A stretch of 59,730 bases of DNA from NCBI GenBank assembly GCA_025363675.1, contig JANYDJ010000074.1, positions 1 through 59,730 of the forward strand. The letters run 5' to 3'. This document shows positions 8,785-18,059 of this stretch, one piece after another; position 1 is the stretch's first letter; each line of letters starts with the position of its first letter. This DNA comes from Flavobacteriaceae bacterium. GTDB lineage: Bacteria; Bacteroidota; Bacteroidia; UKL13-3. The notes beneath the pieces were generated by a model. The model searched no databases. It was not told the DNA's origin and saw only the letters and a list, made by a program, of their open reading frames with translations. A program made the translations under genes and the position numbers.

Positions 8785-10662
8785 CTACCTACTATATACT
8801 AATTTCCCCCTTATATATGTTTCAATCACTTTCGCATTTCTGCATTGTTTAAATGGGGCATTCATTAAATCAGTATCCAGTATAATAAAATCGGCTTGTT
8901 TTTTGGGCTCGAGGCTGCCAGTATATTTTTCTCCATTTACACTATAAGCTGCCCATATAGTCATTCCCCGCAATGCTTCCTCTTTGCTTAGGGCATTCTT
9001 TATTTGAAAACCACCTTTGGGGAATTCATTGCTATCCATTCGCCACACGGCCGAGGTAAATGTATATAATGGATTCACATCTTCTACTGGAAAATCGGTG
9101 CCCAGTGCTATTACACCTGCTCCTTTTAATAAATCTTTATAGGCATAAGCAGTTTTTATACGTTGTTTGCCCAAGCGTTCTTCGGCCCAGTACATATCGC
9201 TTGTGGCATGGGTGGGTTGTACAGAAGGGATAATACCATATTTTTTAAACTTGCGTAAGTCATTCGTGTCAACCACCTGGGCATGTTCTATTCGCCACCT
9301 ATATATATTTCTTTTTAATATAGGTTTTAGTTCTTCAATCAATCTGAAATAAAGGCGGGTAGCTGAATCGCCTATGCAGTGGGCATTGAGGGGGTATCCG
9401 TTTTCGGCACACCACAAAAATATTCTCTGAAGTTCTTTATAACTTGTCAATTCTAAACCGTACGATTTGGGTTTATCGGTATAGGGTTTTAATAATAAAG
9501 CCCCACGCGAACCCAGTGCACCATCTATATATACTTTTACTCCGTCCAAATGTAACTTATCATAATTTAAATCGGGATTTGCCGCGTGTGCATCTATAAA
9601 ATCTTGAGTAAACAAGGGCATAGCATATATATTAATATCTCTCAAAAATTTGGAAACTTTATATAAGGTATCCATTTCCAAACCCGCATCTACTACACTT
9701 GTTAAGCCTGCCGCTATACATTTTTTCTCGGCTTGTTCTACGGCAAGTTTTATTTGTAAATCATTCATTTTGGGTATGGCTTTCATCACCAAATCAACAG
9801 CATTGTCAATTAAAATACCGGTAGGTTTATTGTCTTTTATTATAATCTCGCCGCCCACAACTTTACTGTCTTTTTTTATTCCAGCAAGTGCCAACGCTTT
9901 ATTGTTTACCAATGCTGCATGGCCATCAATTCTTTTCAGTACAACAGGGATATCAGGAAAAAGTAAATTCAACTGTTCATTGGTGGGATATTCTTTGGTA
10001 GGCCAGTCATTCTGGTCCCAGCCACGGCCCATCAAGTATTTGCCAGCATGGCTCATATTATATTTTTTGCAACGTTCCAATACCTCATCATAGTTTTTTG
10101 TTCCCACCAAATCAACTATTTGCATACTCACTCCCAAACCAAAAAAATGGCAATGGGCATCTATAAAACCTGGATATATATATTTGCCTTTTACATTATA
10201 TAATATAGAGTTTGGATATTTTGTTTTTAGTTTTTCAAATTTACCAGTTTCTAAAATCCTATTCGCTTTCTCATTCAAATCATAAGTTACTACTGCCATG
10301 GCATCACACTTGGTAAATTGGCTATCCACAGTATATATAGTTGCGTTATGATATATAGTGATGGTAGAATCGGATTGGGAGAAGGAGGGGAGAGTGGATA
10401 TAAGAAAAAATAATAAAAGTGCTCTGCTGAAAAAATGTCGTCCTTCGATGAAACTCAGGATGACATTTTTTTTTGCCGTAATTGCGAGGAACGTAGCAAT
10501 CTCCTTACTTGTATGCTTTAATAGATTAAGTTTGGGAGCACACGCCCAACGAGATTGCTTCGTTATTCCTCCTCGCAATAACGGCGATATATATAATACT
10601 ATTTTATTCATTAATTGCAAAAAAGCTAAAGGCTGAATCGCCATAGTTTCGGGTTTCGGCAT
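8785..10662 (-). CDS. amidohydrolase-family metallo-hydrolase (Amidohydro_3/YtcJ-like), true start uncertain
   Basis: PGFIDAHCHF metal-binding motif, later GHAAL, HCIGD, IEHAQ and a C-terminal GTDFPVE. A signal-peptide-like FFSRALLLFFLISTLPSFSQS is present. The first ~75 codons of the ORF are translated repeat DNA and overlap rsmD, so the real start is probably internal or non-canonical. Confidence 0.8.
   Translation of the reverse strand: MPKPETMAIQPLAFLQLMNKIVLYISPLLRGGITKQSRWACAPKLNLLKHTSKEIATFLAITAKKNVILSFIEGRHFFSRALLLFFLISTLPSFSQSDSTITIYHNATIYTVDSQFTKCDAMAVVTYDLNEKANRILETGKFEKLKTKYPNSILYNVKGKYIYPGFIDAHCHFFGLGVSMQIVDLVGTKNYDEVLERCKKYNMSHAGKYLMGRGWDQNDWPTKEYPTNEQLNLLFPDIPVVLKRIDGHAALVNNKALALAGIKKDSKVVGGEIIIKDNKPTGILIDNAVDLVMKAIPKMNDLQIKLAVEQAEKKCIAAGLTSVVDAGLEMDTLYKVSKFLRDINIYAMPLFTQDFIDAHAANPDLNYDKLHLDGVKVYIDGALGSRGALLLKPYTDKPKSYGLELTSYKELQRIFLWCAENGYPLNAHCIGDSATRLYFRLIEELKPILKRNIYRWRIEHAQVVDTNDLRKFKKYGIIPSVQPTHATSDMYWAEERLGKQRIKTAYAYKDLLKGAGVIALGTDFPVEDVNPLYTFTSAVWRMDSNEFPKGGFQIKNALSKEEALRGMTIWAAYSVNGEKYTGSLEPKKQADFIILDTDLMNAPFKQCRNAKVIETYIRGKLVYSR
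10441..10584. repeat. composite repeat: one GTCATCCTGAG-type arm plus a GTCATTGCGAGG-family palindrome
   Basis: 10441-10464 is the reverse complement of GTCATCCTGAGTTTCATCGAAGGA. 10476-10490 (CCGTAATTGCGAGGA) pairs with 10570-10584 (TCCTCGCAATAACGG), and an inner GCAATCTC / GAGATTGC pair is also present. Confidence 0.8.
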
Positions 10663-11143
10663 AGTGTTTTAAATTTTTAAAAGTGAGATTTTTATGATGT
10701 TCCCATATCAACATCCCATTTTCTTTTAACAATTCTTTCTCAAATATCAGACCTATTAAATCTTCTTGGTTAGGCATATCATAAGGTGGATCGGCAAAAA
10801 TAATAGTGTACTGTGCTGGGCAGTTTTTAATAAAATGTAATACATCTTCGGTAACAGTATGTATTTGGGAGAGGCCCATTTTTTGAGCTTCACTATATAT
10901 ATATTTACAACACTTCGGATACTTGTCTACACATACTACTTCTGTTGCTCCACGGCTTGCAAACTCAAAAGCAATATTACCTGTGCCGCTAAATAAATCG
11001 AGTATAGTGAGCTGATCTATATAATATTTGTTTTCTAATATATTGAACAAACTTTCTTTGGCCCTATCAGTAGTGGGTCGCACTGGCAGTCCTGTTGGTG
11101 GTCTCAGCACATGGCCCCGATATTTGCCACTTATGATTCGCAC
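10604..11143 (-). CDS. rsmD: 16S rRNA (guanine966-N2)-methyltransferase RsmD
   Basis: 179 aa. MRIISGKYRG..L..P....RPTTDR.KE.LFNIL at the N-terminus, LDLF.G.G SAM motif and the DPPY catalytic motif. Confidence 0.9.
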   Translation of the reverse strand: MRIISGKYRGHVLRPPTGLPVRPTTDRAKESLFNILENKYYIDQLTILDLFSGTGNIAFEFASRGATEVVCVDKYPKCCKYIYSEAQKMGLSQIHTVTEDVLHFIKNCPAQYTIIFADPPYDMPNQEDLIGLIFEKELLKENGMLIWEHHKNLTFKNLKHYAETRNYGDSAFSFFAINE

Positions 11144-11967
11144 AGGGGCAATGATAAAAGCGGGAAATATAAATGCTCGGGCAATTGGTCGAAGGCTTTA
11201 TCGAAGCCAAAGTTTGCGGGGCGTTCCCCCAGTTCGGTAAACATGATATAAGTGTTCAGCAAATCTTTAAACTCATCGAAACGGTTAATAGTGCCATACA
11301 GTTTCAAAGGTTGCGTTTTGGGCGACAGTTCAAAATGCTCGTAGCTGGCCAATATATAATATAATATATCTTCGATGGTTTCGTACTCAAACGAATTGCA
11401 AAAAATAAGTTTGTTGTTTTTGGTAATTACTATATGAAAAAAATCGGGATTTATATGTGCCGTAAATTCTGTTTCATCATTACTGTTCACCATTAAGCCC
11501 GATAAAAGGGCGGTGGCATAATGTGTAACTTTTGCTTGCGGAAAATATTGAGTGATGATTTCTTTAAGTAGATTTGATATTTTAAAAACATGGAGCATAC
11601 CACTGGTTTTAAGGTGGTCAGTATATAATGTTTCTTCGTTCGGATTAAAGGGCGTGGTAAAAGTAAAAATATCTTTGGCTTTGGTGCGGTCAAACAAATT
11701 TTCGGGAAACAAGGCTGACTGGTTGTTTTCTATGATAATGCGAGAGCTGCGATAGGTACTTGTAAACTCGTGGTTTACAATATCACGCAAATCGTCGGGA
11801 TGCGATAGCGGAAAAGATTTTAAAGCTATGAATGATGAAAACTTGGGATCATATAAGGCGTAAGCCATTTCACGATCGGCCAGTTTGATATATAAGTCCA
11901 GCAGATGGCTTATATCCTCGTTATAGTTTGCAGCCTGAATTTCGTATGCGGTCATGTGATGTTGCAA
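11131..11967 (-). CDS. conserved hypothetical protein (DUF3822-like, assigned from memory of the gene neighbourhood)
   Basis: 278-aa ORF overlapping the rsmD start by 13 nt. Bacteroidota commonly have a DUF3822 protein directly upstream of rsmD. No catalytic motif seen. Confidence 0.55.
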   Translation of the reverse strand: MQHHMTAYEIQAANYNEDISHLLDLYIKLADREMAYALYDPKFSSFIALKSFPLSHPDDLRDIVNHEFTSTYRSSRIIIENNQSALFPENLFDRTKAKDIFTFTTPFNPNEETLYTDHLKTSGMLHVFKISNLLKEIITQYFPQAKVTHYATALLSGLMVNSNDETEFTAHINPDFFHIVITKNNKLIFCNSFEYETIEDILYYILASYEHFELSPKTQPLKLYGTINRFDEFKDLLNTYIMFTELGERPANFGFDKAFDQLPEHLYFPLLSLPLCES

Positions 11968-11987
11968 ACCTAATCAAAAAACAGGTG

Positions 11988-12017
11988 CAAAAAAAATGCG
12001 ACCCTGTTGAGTCGCAT
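11988..12017 (-). terminator. rho-independent terminator candidate after the PUR-like gene
   Basis: ATGCGAC-loop-GTCGCAT hairpin at 11996-12017. On the minus strand it is followed by a T-run (the A-run at 11989-11996 on the plus strand). Confidence 0.55.
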
Positions 12018-12040
12018 CCTTTTTATATACAATTGGTGGA

Positions 12041-12418
12041 TTAGCCTTGGTTAAAATCTTCATCAGCAGCCGGAGGTGCATTGTATTCAGGTCTTTGGTA
12101 TTCATCAAAGTTATAGTCGGGCATTAGCTCATTTTTTACATAAGCTACGGTTTCTTGCAAGCCGTCCATAAATTTATTAAAATCTTCTTTATATAAAAAC
12201 ACCTTGGTTTTCATAAACCCACCGTCAAAATTCTTTTTGCTTTCGGTTATATTGATATAATAATCATTGCCTTTGGTAGTTTTCACATCAAAGAAATAAG
12301 TCCTTTTGCCAGCCTTTACTTTTCTCGAGAATACAATGTTCCTGTCTTGGTTATAATCATCCATAAAATTTACTTGTTTTTCAGTCGACAAATGTATGCT
12401 TTGTACAGTATTAAGCAA
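12041..12418 (-). CDS. PUR-alpha-like ssDNA/RNA-binding protein (DUF3276 family)
   Basis: 125 aa. The pattern FSRKVKAGKRTYFFDVKTTKGNDYYINITESKK...KVFLYKEDFNKF matches the PUR-repeat/DUF3276 proteins of Bacteroidota as I recall them. Confidence 0.7.
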   Translation of the reverse strand: MLNTVQSIHLSTEKQVNFMDDYNQDRNIVFSRKVKAGKRTYFFDVKTTKGNDYYINITESKKNFDGGFMKTKVFLYKEDFNKFMDGLQETVAYVKNELMPDYNFDEYQRPEYNAPPAADEDFNQG

Positions 12419-12474
12419 TAAGTGTTGATTTTGATAATTGAATATATGAACTTATAGAGTTGTGATTCAGCTAA

Positions 12475-13143
12475 TTATTTTTTGCGAAAAAGTGTCATAA
12501 AATTATCCCCACCAGCAAATTTCGGGGTTTTTGAAATCCATATTTCAATTATAGCCGAAGAGGCAACACCAATAACGGCACCTACTGCCACATCGGATGG
12601 GAAGTGCTGGGCCAGATATATTCGCGACCAACCTATAAAACAAGCTACCACTAATAAAATGAAACTTATATATTTCTTATTAAAAAAAAATGCCACCGAT
12701 GAGCACCACATAAAGCCACCAGCAGTGTGGCCAGAAGGGAATGAATACATTGAATGCAGATCGGTATTTTCTACAATATGCAGCACCGATAAATCATTTG
12801 AAAAAATACCGGCTGGGCGGGCCACTTCGGCAAAGGCAAATGTTTTGAGACTTTGCACAATAATAAATGCAAACGCTCCAGCCAATGTGGTGCCCAGTGC
12901 CCGCTTATAATCTACAAAAGCCATAGCCACAATAATGGGCAGTATAAGAAACCATTCGCCCAGCATGGTGATATAAGGCATCAACGTATCGAGCAGTGCC
13001 GAATGGTATTGATTATTGATATATATAAAAACACGGGTATTGCTATATAGTAATATCAATACACACAATATAACTGAAGGAATTAAAAAAACGAAAAGGG
13101 TAGGGTATAAGTTCGGTTTTACGCTGCTTTGCGGCTTATCCAT
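12475..13143 (-). CDS. PAP2-family phosphatase (membrane)
   Basis: Multiple TM segments plus the PAP2 motifs SFPSGHT and SRIYLAQHFPSDV. Confidence 0.85.
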   Translation of the reverse strand: MDKPQSSVKPNLYPTLFVFLIPSVILCVLILLYSNTRVFIYINNQYHSALLDTLMPYITMLGEWFLILPIIVAMAFVDYKRALGTTLAGAFAFIIVQSLKTFAFAEVARPAGIFSNDLSVLHIVENTDLHSMYSFPSGHTAGGFMWCSSVAFFFNKKYISFILLVVACFIGWSRIYLAQHFPSDVAVGAVIGVASSAIIEIWISKTPKFAGGDNFMTLFRKK

Positions 13144-15260
13144 TTATTGATGATATTATATAAACCGTCGTTACTGAAAGGTTTTGAAATGTAGTCGTTC
13201 ATACCTGTTTCTATGGCCTTTACTTTGGTAGCTTCATAAGCATCTGCCGATATAGCGATTATAGGGATTTGAGGGTTTTTATAGGTTTGGCTCTGCCTTA
13301 TTTTCTGGGTAGCTTCATAGCCATCCATAATAGGCATTTGCAGATCCATCAATATGGCATCGAATTCTTTTTGCTCCATATATTTAAGACATTCCACGCC
13401 ATTGGAAGCAACCTCGAAAGTAGCATTCCATTTTTTCAAAATCTCTTTCATCAATATTTGGTTGATCAAATTATCTTCAACCACCAAGAAATGCCTTCCT
13501 GCAAAATTTTTATTATTTGCAGTGTTCGCCATCACTGGGTTCATTTTAACTGGCGACTGAACAAACTGTGCCACGTTCATATAGTTTTCCGATATCTCGA
13601 AGGGCAGTTCTACATAGAAAGTAGTGCCACGATCTACCTCGCTTTCTAACCATATACGACCTTTCATAAGCTCAACCAATTTATTGGTAATGGCAAGCCC
13701 CAATCCCGTTCCTCCATATTGGCGGTTATGTTCATCTTTTATCTGACGGAAGCTTTCGAATATGATATTGAATTTTTCGCGGGGTATACCAATTCCAGAA
13801 TCGACCACTTCTATATGTAAAATTAATTTGGCATTTTGCAAATCGAGCGACTTGGCTGTGAGTTTAACTTCAACGGTGCCATTTTCAGTAAACTTAAGTG
13901 CATTGTCCACTAAGTTTATTAGTATTTGGTTTAGTCGCACAGCATCGCCTTTTAACATTAATGGCAAGCGTGTATCGACCGATTTGTTGAGTTGTATTTT
14001 TTTAGCATTGGCCTTAACACTGGCCACCCGAAGCACTTGTTGTAATACATCGTTTAAATTAAACTCCGATGTTTGAAGACTTAATTTGCCCGCATCAATT
14101 TTAGAAATGTCCAATATATCATTAATAATTTCTAATAAATTATCAGCAGATAATTGTATGGAGCGGAGATTATCAGCTTGAATTTCGTCGAGCTCTTTTT
14201 CTTGCAACAGCAATTCTGTTAAACCAATAATGGCATTCATGGGTGTGCGAATCTCATGACTCATATTGCTCAAAAACTGGCTCTTTGCTTTGTCGGCAGA
14301 TTCAGCTGCATCTTTTGCTTCAATGAGTTGCGACTCATTGCGTTTTAAGTTATCTCTCATCGCTACCAATGCGGTTCCCAAATCGTCTCGCGGACCGATG
14401 GGTTTGAAAGGTTCATCGTAGTTTCTTGTTCCTATCGAATTGGCAAATTGCGTTTTCTGTTTCAGCGATTCGGTGAGCATATCTACCGATTGTATCATTT
14501 TGCCAATCTCATTTTGGCTCACTCTTAAGTCTGACTTTGAAAGCTCTCCGCGACTCACACGGTTTATCACGTTTCGCAATTGTACCACTGGTTTGGTAAT
14601 GAGGTTACCCATATAAATGGATATAATAACTCCCAATATACTAAACAATATAGAAAGCCCGATAATGCTGTACCTTAAGTTATCAGCAGTTTCTGACAGT
14701 ATCAGTTCGCTTTCGGCAAATTCTTTCGATTTTAATTTTTTAATTTTGTCAACTCTGGTAGCTAGTTCATCACTTTGCTCTATCACATTGCCCAACAGGT
14801 CGCTGCTTTCAATTTTCGCTTCTGCAATTTCGTACGATTTAAAGTCGGGCAGGTAAGCCATTATTTCTTTTTCCCAACCCAAAATAACCTCAAACAAAAC
14901 AAATGCGGAATCCATTTCTTTAACTGAGTTTTGGTCGTCCCACTTAGCCATCAGTTTTTTAATGTTCTGCTTTATCTGGCGATATTCTGTCTGGTGCAGT
15001 TTTTTTAGTGCCGATTTATCATAATCATTAGGCTGCGATAAAACCCAAGTAATGGTGAGCATTCTCGATTTCACCACCATATTGTCAAAGTCGTTCACGG
15101 CCTCAAGCGAAGGGGCAACTACAGTAGAAATTTTCTCTGAAATATTGGTGTTTGCTTTCAGTGCAAAAAAGCTAACGATAGCATATAACATCAATAAGAA
15201 TACAAGGATAAAGAACCCTGTAAATATCTGGCCATTCAGCCCAAATCTTAGTTTAGCCAT
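13119..15260 (-). CDS. hybrid sensor histidine kinase / response regulator
   Basis: 713 aa. Two TM segments flank a ~170-aa periplasmic region and are followed by a HAMP-like linker. H-box FLSNMSHEIRTPMN, N/G boxes (NLVDNALKFT, DSGIGI, GGTGLGLAI) and a C-terminal receiver domain (LVVEDN...ILMDLQMPIMDG...KP). Confidence 0.9.
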   Translation of the reverse strand: MAKLRFGLNGQIFTGFFILVFLLMLYAIVSFFALKANTNISEKISTVVAPSLEAVNDFDNMVVKSRMLTITWVLSQPNDYDKSALKKLHQTEYRQIKQNIKKLMAKWDDQNSVKEMDSAFVLFEVILGWEKEIMAYLPDFKSYEIAEAKIESSDLLGNVIEQSDELATRVDKIKKLKSKEFAESELILSETADNLRYSIIGLSILFSILGVIISIYMGNLITKPVVQLRNVINRVSRGELSKSDLRVSQNEIGKMIQSVDMLTESLKQKTQFANSIGTRNYDEPFKPIGPRDDLGTALVAMRDNLKRNESQLIEAKDAAESADKAKSQFLSNMSHEIRTPMNAIIGLTELLLQEKELDEIQADNLRSIQLSADNLLEIINDILDISKIDAGKLSLQTSEFNLNDVLQQVLRVASVKANAKKIQLNKSVDTRLPLMLKGDAVRLNQILINLVDNALKFTENGTVEVKLTAKSLDLQNAKLILHIEVVDSGIGIPREKFNIIFESFRQIKDEHNRQYGGTGLGLAITNKLVELMKGRIWLESEVDRGTTFYVELPFEISENYMNVAQFVQSPVKMNPVMANTANNKNFAGRHFLVVEDNLINQILMKEILKKWNATFEVASNGVECLKYMEQKEFDAILMDLQMPIMDGYEATQKIRQSQTYKNPQIPIIAISADAYEATKVKAIETGMNDYISKPFSNDGLYNIINKWISRKAA

Positions 15261-15271
15261 AAGCGTATATA

Positions 15272-17284
15272 TTAAAAGATAATGGGGTTGGAATAATTAA
15301 CAGATTGATGATCGTTGTCGTAAAAACCAAGTTTAAAAATAATTTTTAGGAACAATTCTCGCCCACCTCCAGGCACTGGGTTATTAATTCCCATCGAGCT
15401 ATTGTTTGGATTATTATATGCTTGGAAATATTTAAAATTGTGATTCAATATATTATATATTCCTGTATGTACTTCTATGGGGCTTTTGGGTGATGAATAA
15501 TTCATCGTTACATCAAGCATAAGCAAGGGGTCTTGCTTATCTCGCCCACCAGATTTAATACCCGTTATTTTACTATAATACTGCCCGTTAAGGTTTATCC
15601 AATAATTATTAACCAAATTGTATTGAAGCGATGCATATAGTTTATGAGAAGCAAAACCCAGTAACCCGCTATTGCCCGATTCGAGTGAATACAGGTTTGA
15701 ATCTTTATGGGCTTTTTGGAAATAGGTATAATAAGATTTGAAGTGCAAACCATCCATCAGCTTCCAGTTAAATTCAAGTTCAATGCCTTGCGAACCAGCA
15801 GATGCTATGTTTACAAAGGTATCATTATAGTCCTTCTTCTGCATAAAAGATATCATATTGCTGGACTTGTTCATAAACACATTTGCCGCAATATTGCAGT
15901 TAGATTTGAATATATAGTTTACCCTAAACTGGGCCGATTGAATTTGTTCTTGTTTTAAGTTTGCATTTAAATAGTTACCATAGTTATTGGGGTTTATTCC
16001 ATAGTGCCCGGCAAAAGCATTTATCTGTAAATTTTTATAATAATATTCGATACCAATTTTGGGAGATACATTTAATTTTTGGCCAGCTTGTATATCTGCT
16101 TTTACACCGGTTTTCACTAGCAGGCGATTAATAAATATGCGGCTCAGGTTTTTTTGAAAAACATTTTGAGCATAGAACGAAGTAGAAGTATATGGATTTA
16201 ATTTGGTTTTGTTTTGCAGCAGGGTATTCTGCTCCCAATTATAATCAACTCCAAAGTATGATAATGATTTTATTTTGTTATCCTCATAAGCATGCTTAAG
16301 CATTAGGCGGGCTTGGGCTTTGCTTTGCATTATATTGTTAGTGTCTGTAACCATTGGGCTTTGCACAATCCAGTTCATAGGCAACTGTGTCGACATATTT
16401 AGAACAGGCAGAATGGACAAATCTGTTTTTTTAATTTTAAACTCATTGCTAATCTGTAAATTTTGAACCAAACTTCTTATGGTGGATTGCCTTATGGTGG
16501 CTTGGCTCGTGTAATTATTGAGCAGATATTTGATATCCCATTTGTTTAATTTTAATTTGGCAAACAAAAACAGCTCACTCAAGTTGCACTGTTGCTCCCA
16601 ACTGGGGCTAGTAGGAGTTATTTTGCCTATATTTGTTATTTTGCCACTATTATAACTTCCTATTACGGTCCAGTATTTATTCTTACCCAAATTATCTCCC
16701 ATCACTACTGATATTCCACGGCGGGCAAAAGTAGAATCGTAACTTCCGTTGCTAACAGAAACACGGGCACCTTCCAGTTTGTCGCCACTGCGGGTAATTA
16801 TATTGATGGTGGTAATAGTATTTGCCCCTTGGAATTGTACTGAACCAGCACCTTTCACAATTTGTATCTTCTCAATCATATCAATAGGTATACGTTGGGC
16901 TATGGAAAAACCGCCGAGCAGGCCATCATTTAAAACAACATTGTCGACTAGCAGGGTAATTTTATTTTGTTGGGCCCACATGCCTTGGTAGCCCATTCCT
17001 ATTTGGCCATTTACGTTTTGGGCAAACTCAAATCCGGGTATCATACGCATCACGTCCATGAGGTCGCGGGCACCACGGTTGGCAAATTCGTCGTGTGTTA
17101 TTTCAGTAAGGTTTCCAGGTGATTCTTCAAACCGCACCACCACTTTTTTAAAGACCGATTCTTTAAGCAAGCTATAAATATCAATCTCATCCAAGTCCTT
17201 AAACTCGTTGGTATCAATCTGGGCTTGTACACTTCCAATGCCCAATAATAGTAGTAAGAATAAGAGTTTATTTTGTTTATTCAT
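15272..17284 (-). CDS. TonB-dependent receptor
   Basis: 670 aa. Signal peptide, plug-domain motifs (ITHDEF...GARDLMDVMRMIPG, IEKIQIVKGAGSVQFG-like), a long beta-barrel region and a C-terminal aromatic residue (…NPIIF). Confidence 0.85.
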   Translation of the reverse strand: MNKQNKLLFLLLLLGIGSVQAQIDTNEFKDLDEIDIYSLLKESVFKKVVVRFEESPGNLTEITHDEFANRGARDLMDVMRMIPGFEFAQNVNGQIGMGYQGMWAQQNKITLLVDNVVLNDGLLGGFSIAQRIPIDMIEKIQIVKGAGSVQFQGANTITTINIITRSGDKLEGARVSVSNGSYDSTFARRGISVVMGDNLGKNKYWTVIGSYNSGKITNIGKITPTSPSWEQQCNLSELFLFAKLKLNKWDIKYLLNNYTSQATIRQSTIRSLVQNLQISNEFKIKKTDLSILPVLNMSTQLPMNWIVQSPMVTDTNNIMQSKAQARLMLKHAYEDNKIKSLSYFGVDYNWEQNTLLQNKTKLNPYTSTSFYAQNVFQKNLSRIFINRLLVKTGVKADIQAGQKLNVSPKIGIEYYYKNLQINAFAGHYGINPNNYGNYLNANLKQEQIQSAQFRVNYIFKSNCNIAANVFMNKSSNMISFMQKKDYNDTFVNIASAGSQGIELEFNWKLMDGLHFKSYYTYFQKAHKDSNLYSLESGNSGLLGFASHKLYASLQYNLVNNYWINLNGQYYSKITGIKSGGRDKQDPLLMLDVTMNYSSPKSPIEVHTGIYNILNHNFKYFQAYNNPNNSSMGINNPVPGGGRELFLKIIFKLGFYDNDHQSVNYSNPIIF

Positions 17285-17819
17285 TTCTTAGTGCAAGGTT
17301 TCTTAATTCGCTAGACACGGCCATTCTTTTACCAGACGCACCTGTTGAATTTAGTTCAAAATTAAGGTTATTATTGTTAATTACAAAGTTTATGTCAGAA
17401 CCCTGTCTTATTGAGCCCGTTCTTTCGGTAATAACAAGTACCGATTTGTTTCCTATTTTTAACACAAAGCCTGGCAATGCTGCATTCTTGCTTTTGCCTA
17501 CAAATAAAATATGGCAGTTAGATGGATCGTCTGTGTTTTTCACTCTTAGTACCACCATGGTTTGTCCTTTAATTTTTTTTACCTGAGCCATGCGGGTCAT
17601 TGTATTGTACAACTCATCATTTCCAGTTATACCTACTACAAAATTTCCCGCTCGCCTGTCTTCAGGCCATTCAACGTATTTGGTAAAATGGTACAGGAAT
17701 TTGGCATGCAGGGTATAGTCAATCTCTTGCTGGGCCCAAGCATCGAACACAGGGAAGGTGGCCATAGTGCCTACCGCCATCAACAATGTCCATAGTTTTA
17801 ACTTGTAAAATTTTCTCAA
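17277..17819 (-). CDS. YfiR-like periplasmic protein (DUF4154)
   Basis: 180 aa with a signal peptide. The KFLYHFTKYVEWP motif is characteristic of DUF4154/YfiR. The stop overlaps the TonB-receptor start by 8 nt. Confidence 0.7.
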   Translation of the reverse strand: MRKFYKLKLWTLLMAVGTMATFPVFDAWAQQEIDYTLHAKFLYHFTKYVEWPEDRRAGNFVVGITGNDELYNTMTRMAQVKKIKGQTMVVLRVKNTDDPSNCHILFVGKSKNAALPGFVLKIGNKSVLVITERTGSIRQGSDINFVINNNNLNFELNSTGASGKRMAVSSELRNLALRNE

Positions 17820-18016
17820 TACCCAATAATAAAAATTGCCCGTGACAAAAGTAGGGGAGAAAGAGGGGAAAAATCTTTTGAAATCGAGAGCAAGTAGAGA
17901 CTTTTTTGAACAATTTGTGGATTGGTTTTTGGGGATTTAGGGGTTGGGATATAGTATTCAGGTTCGTAAGCTATTTGTTATTTTCAAAAACATGAATAAA
18001 TTAATAAAAATGAGCA

Positions 18017-18024
18017 TACTTTTG
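18017..18024 (+). promoter_or_regulatory. -7 promoter box TAnnTTTG (TACTTTTG) for the ATPase cassette
   Basis: Exact consensus match 36 nt upstream of the ATG at 18060. It overlaps a small CTTTTG-CGAA-CAAAAG hairpin. Confidence 0.4.
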
Positions 18025-18059
18025 CGAACAAAAGAAACCTATTAGACACCAGGAATTAA

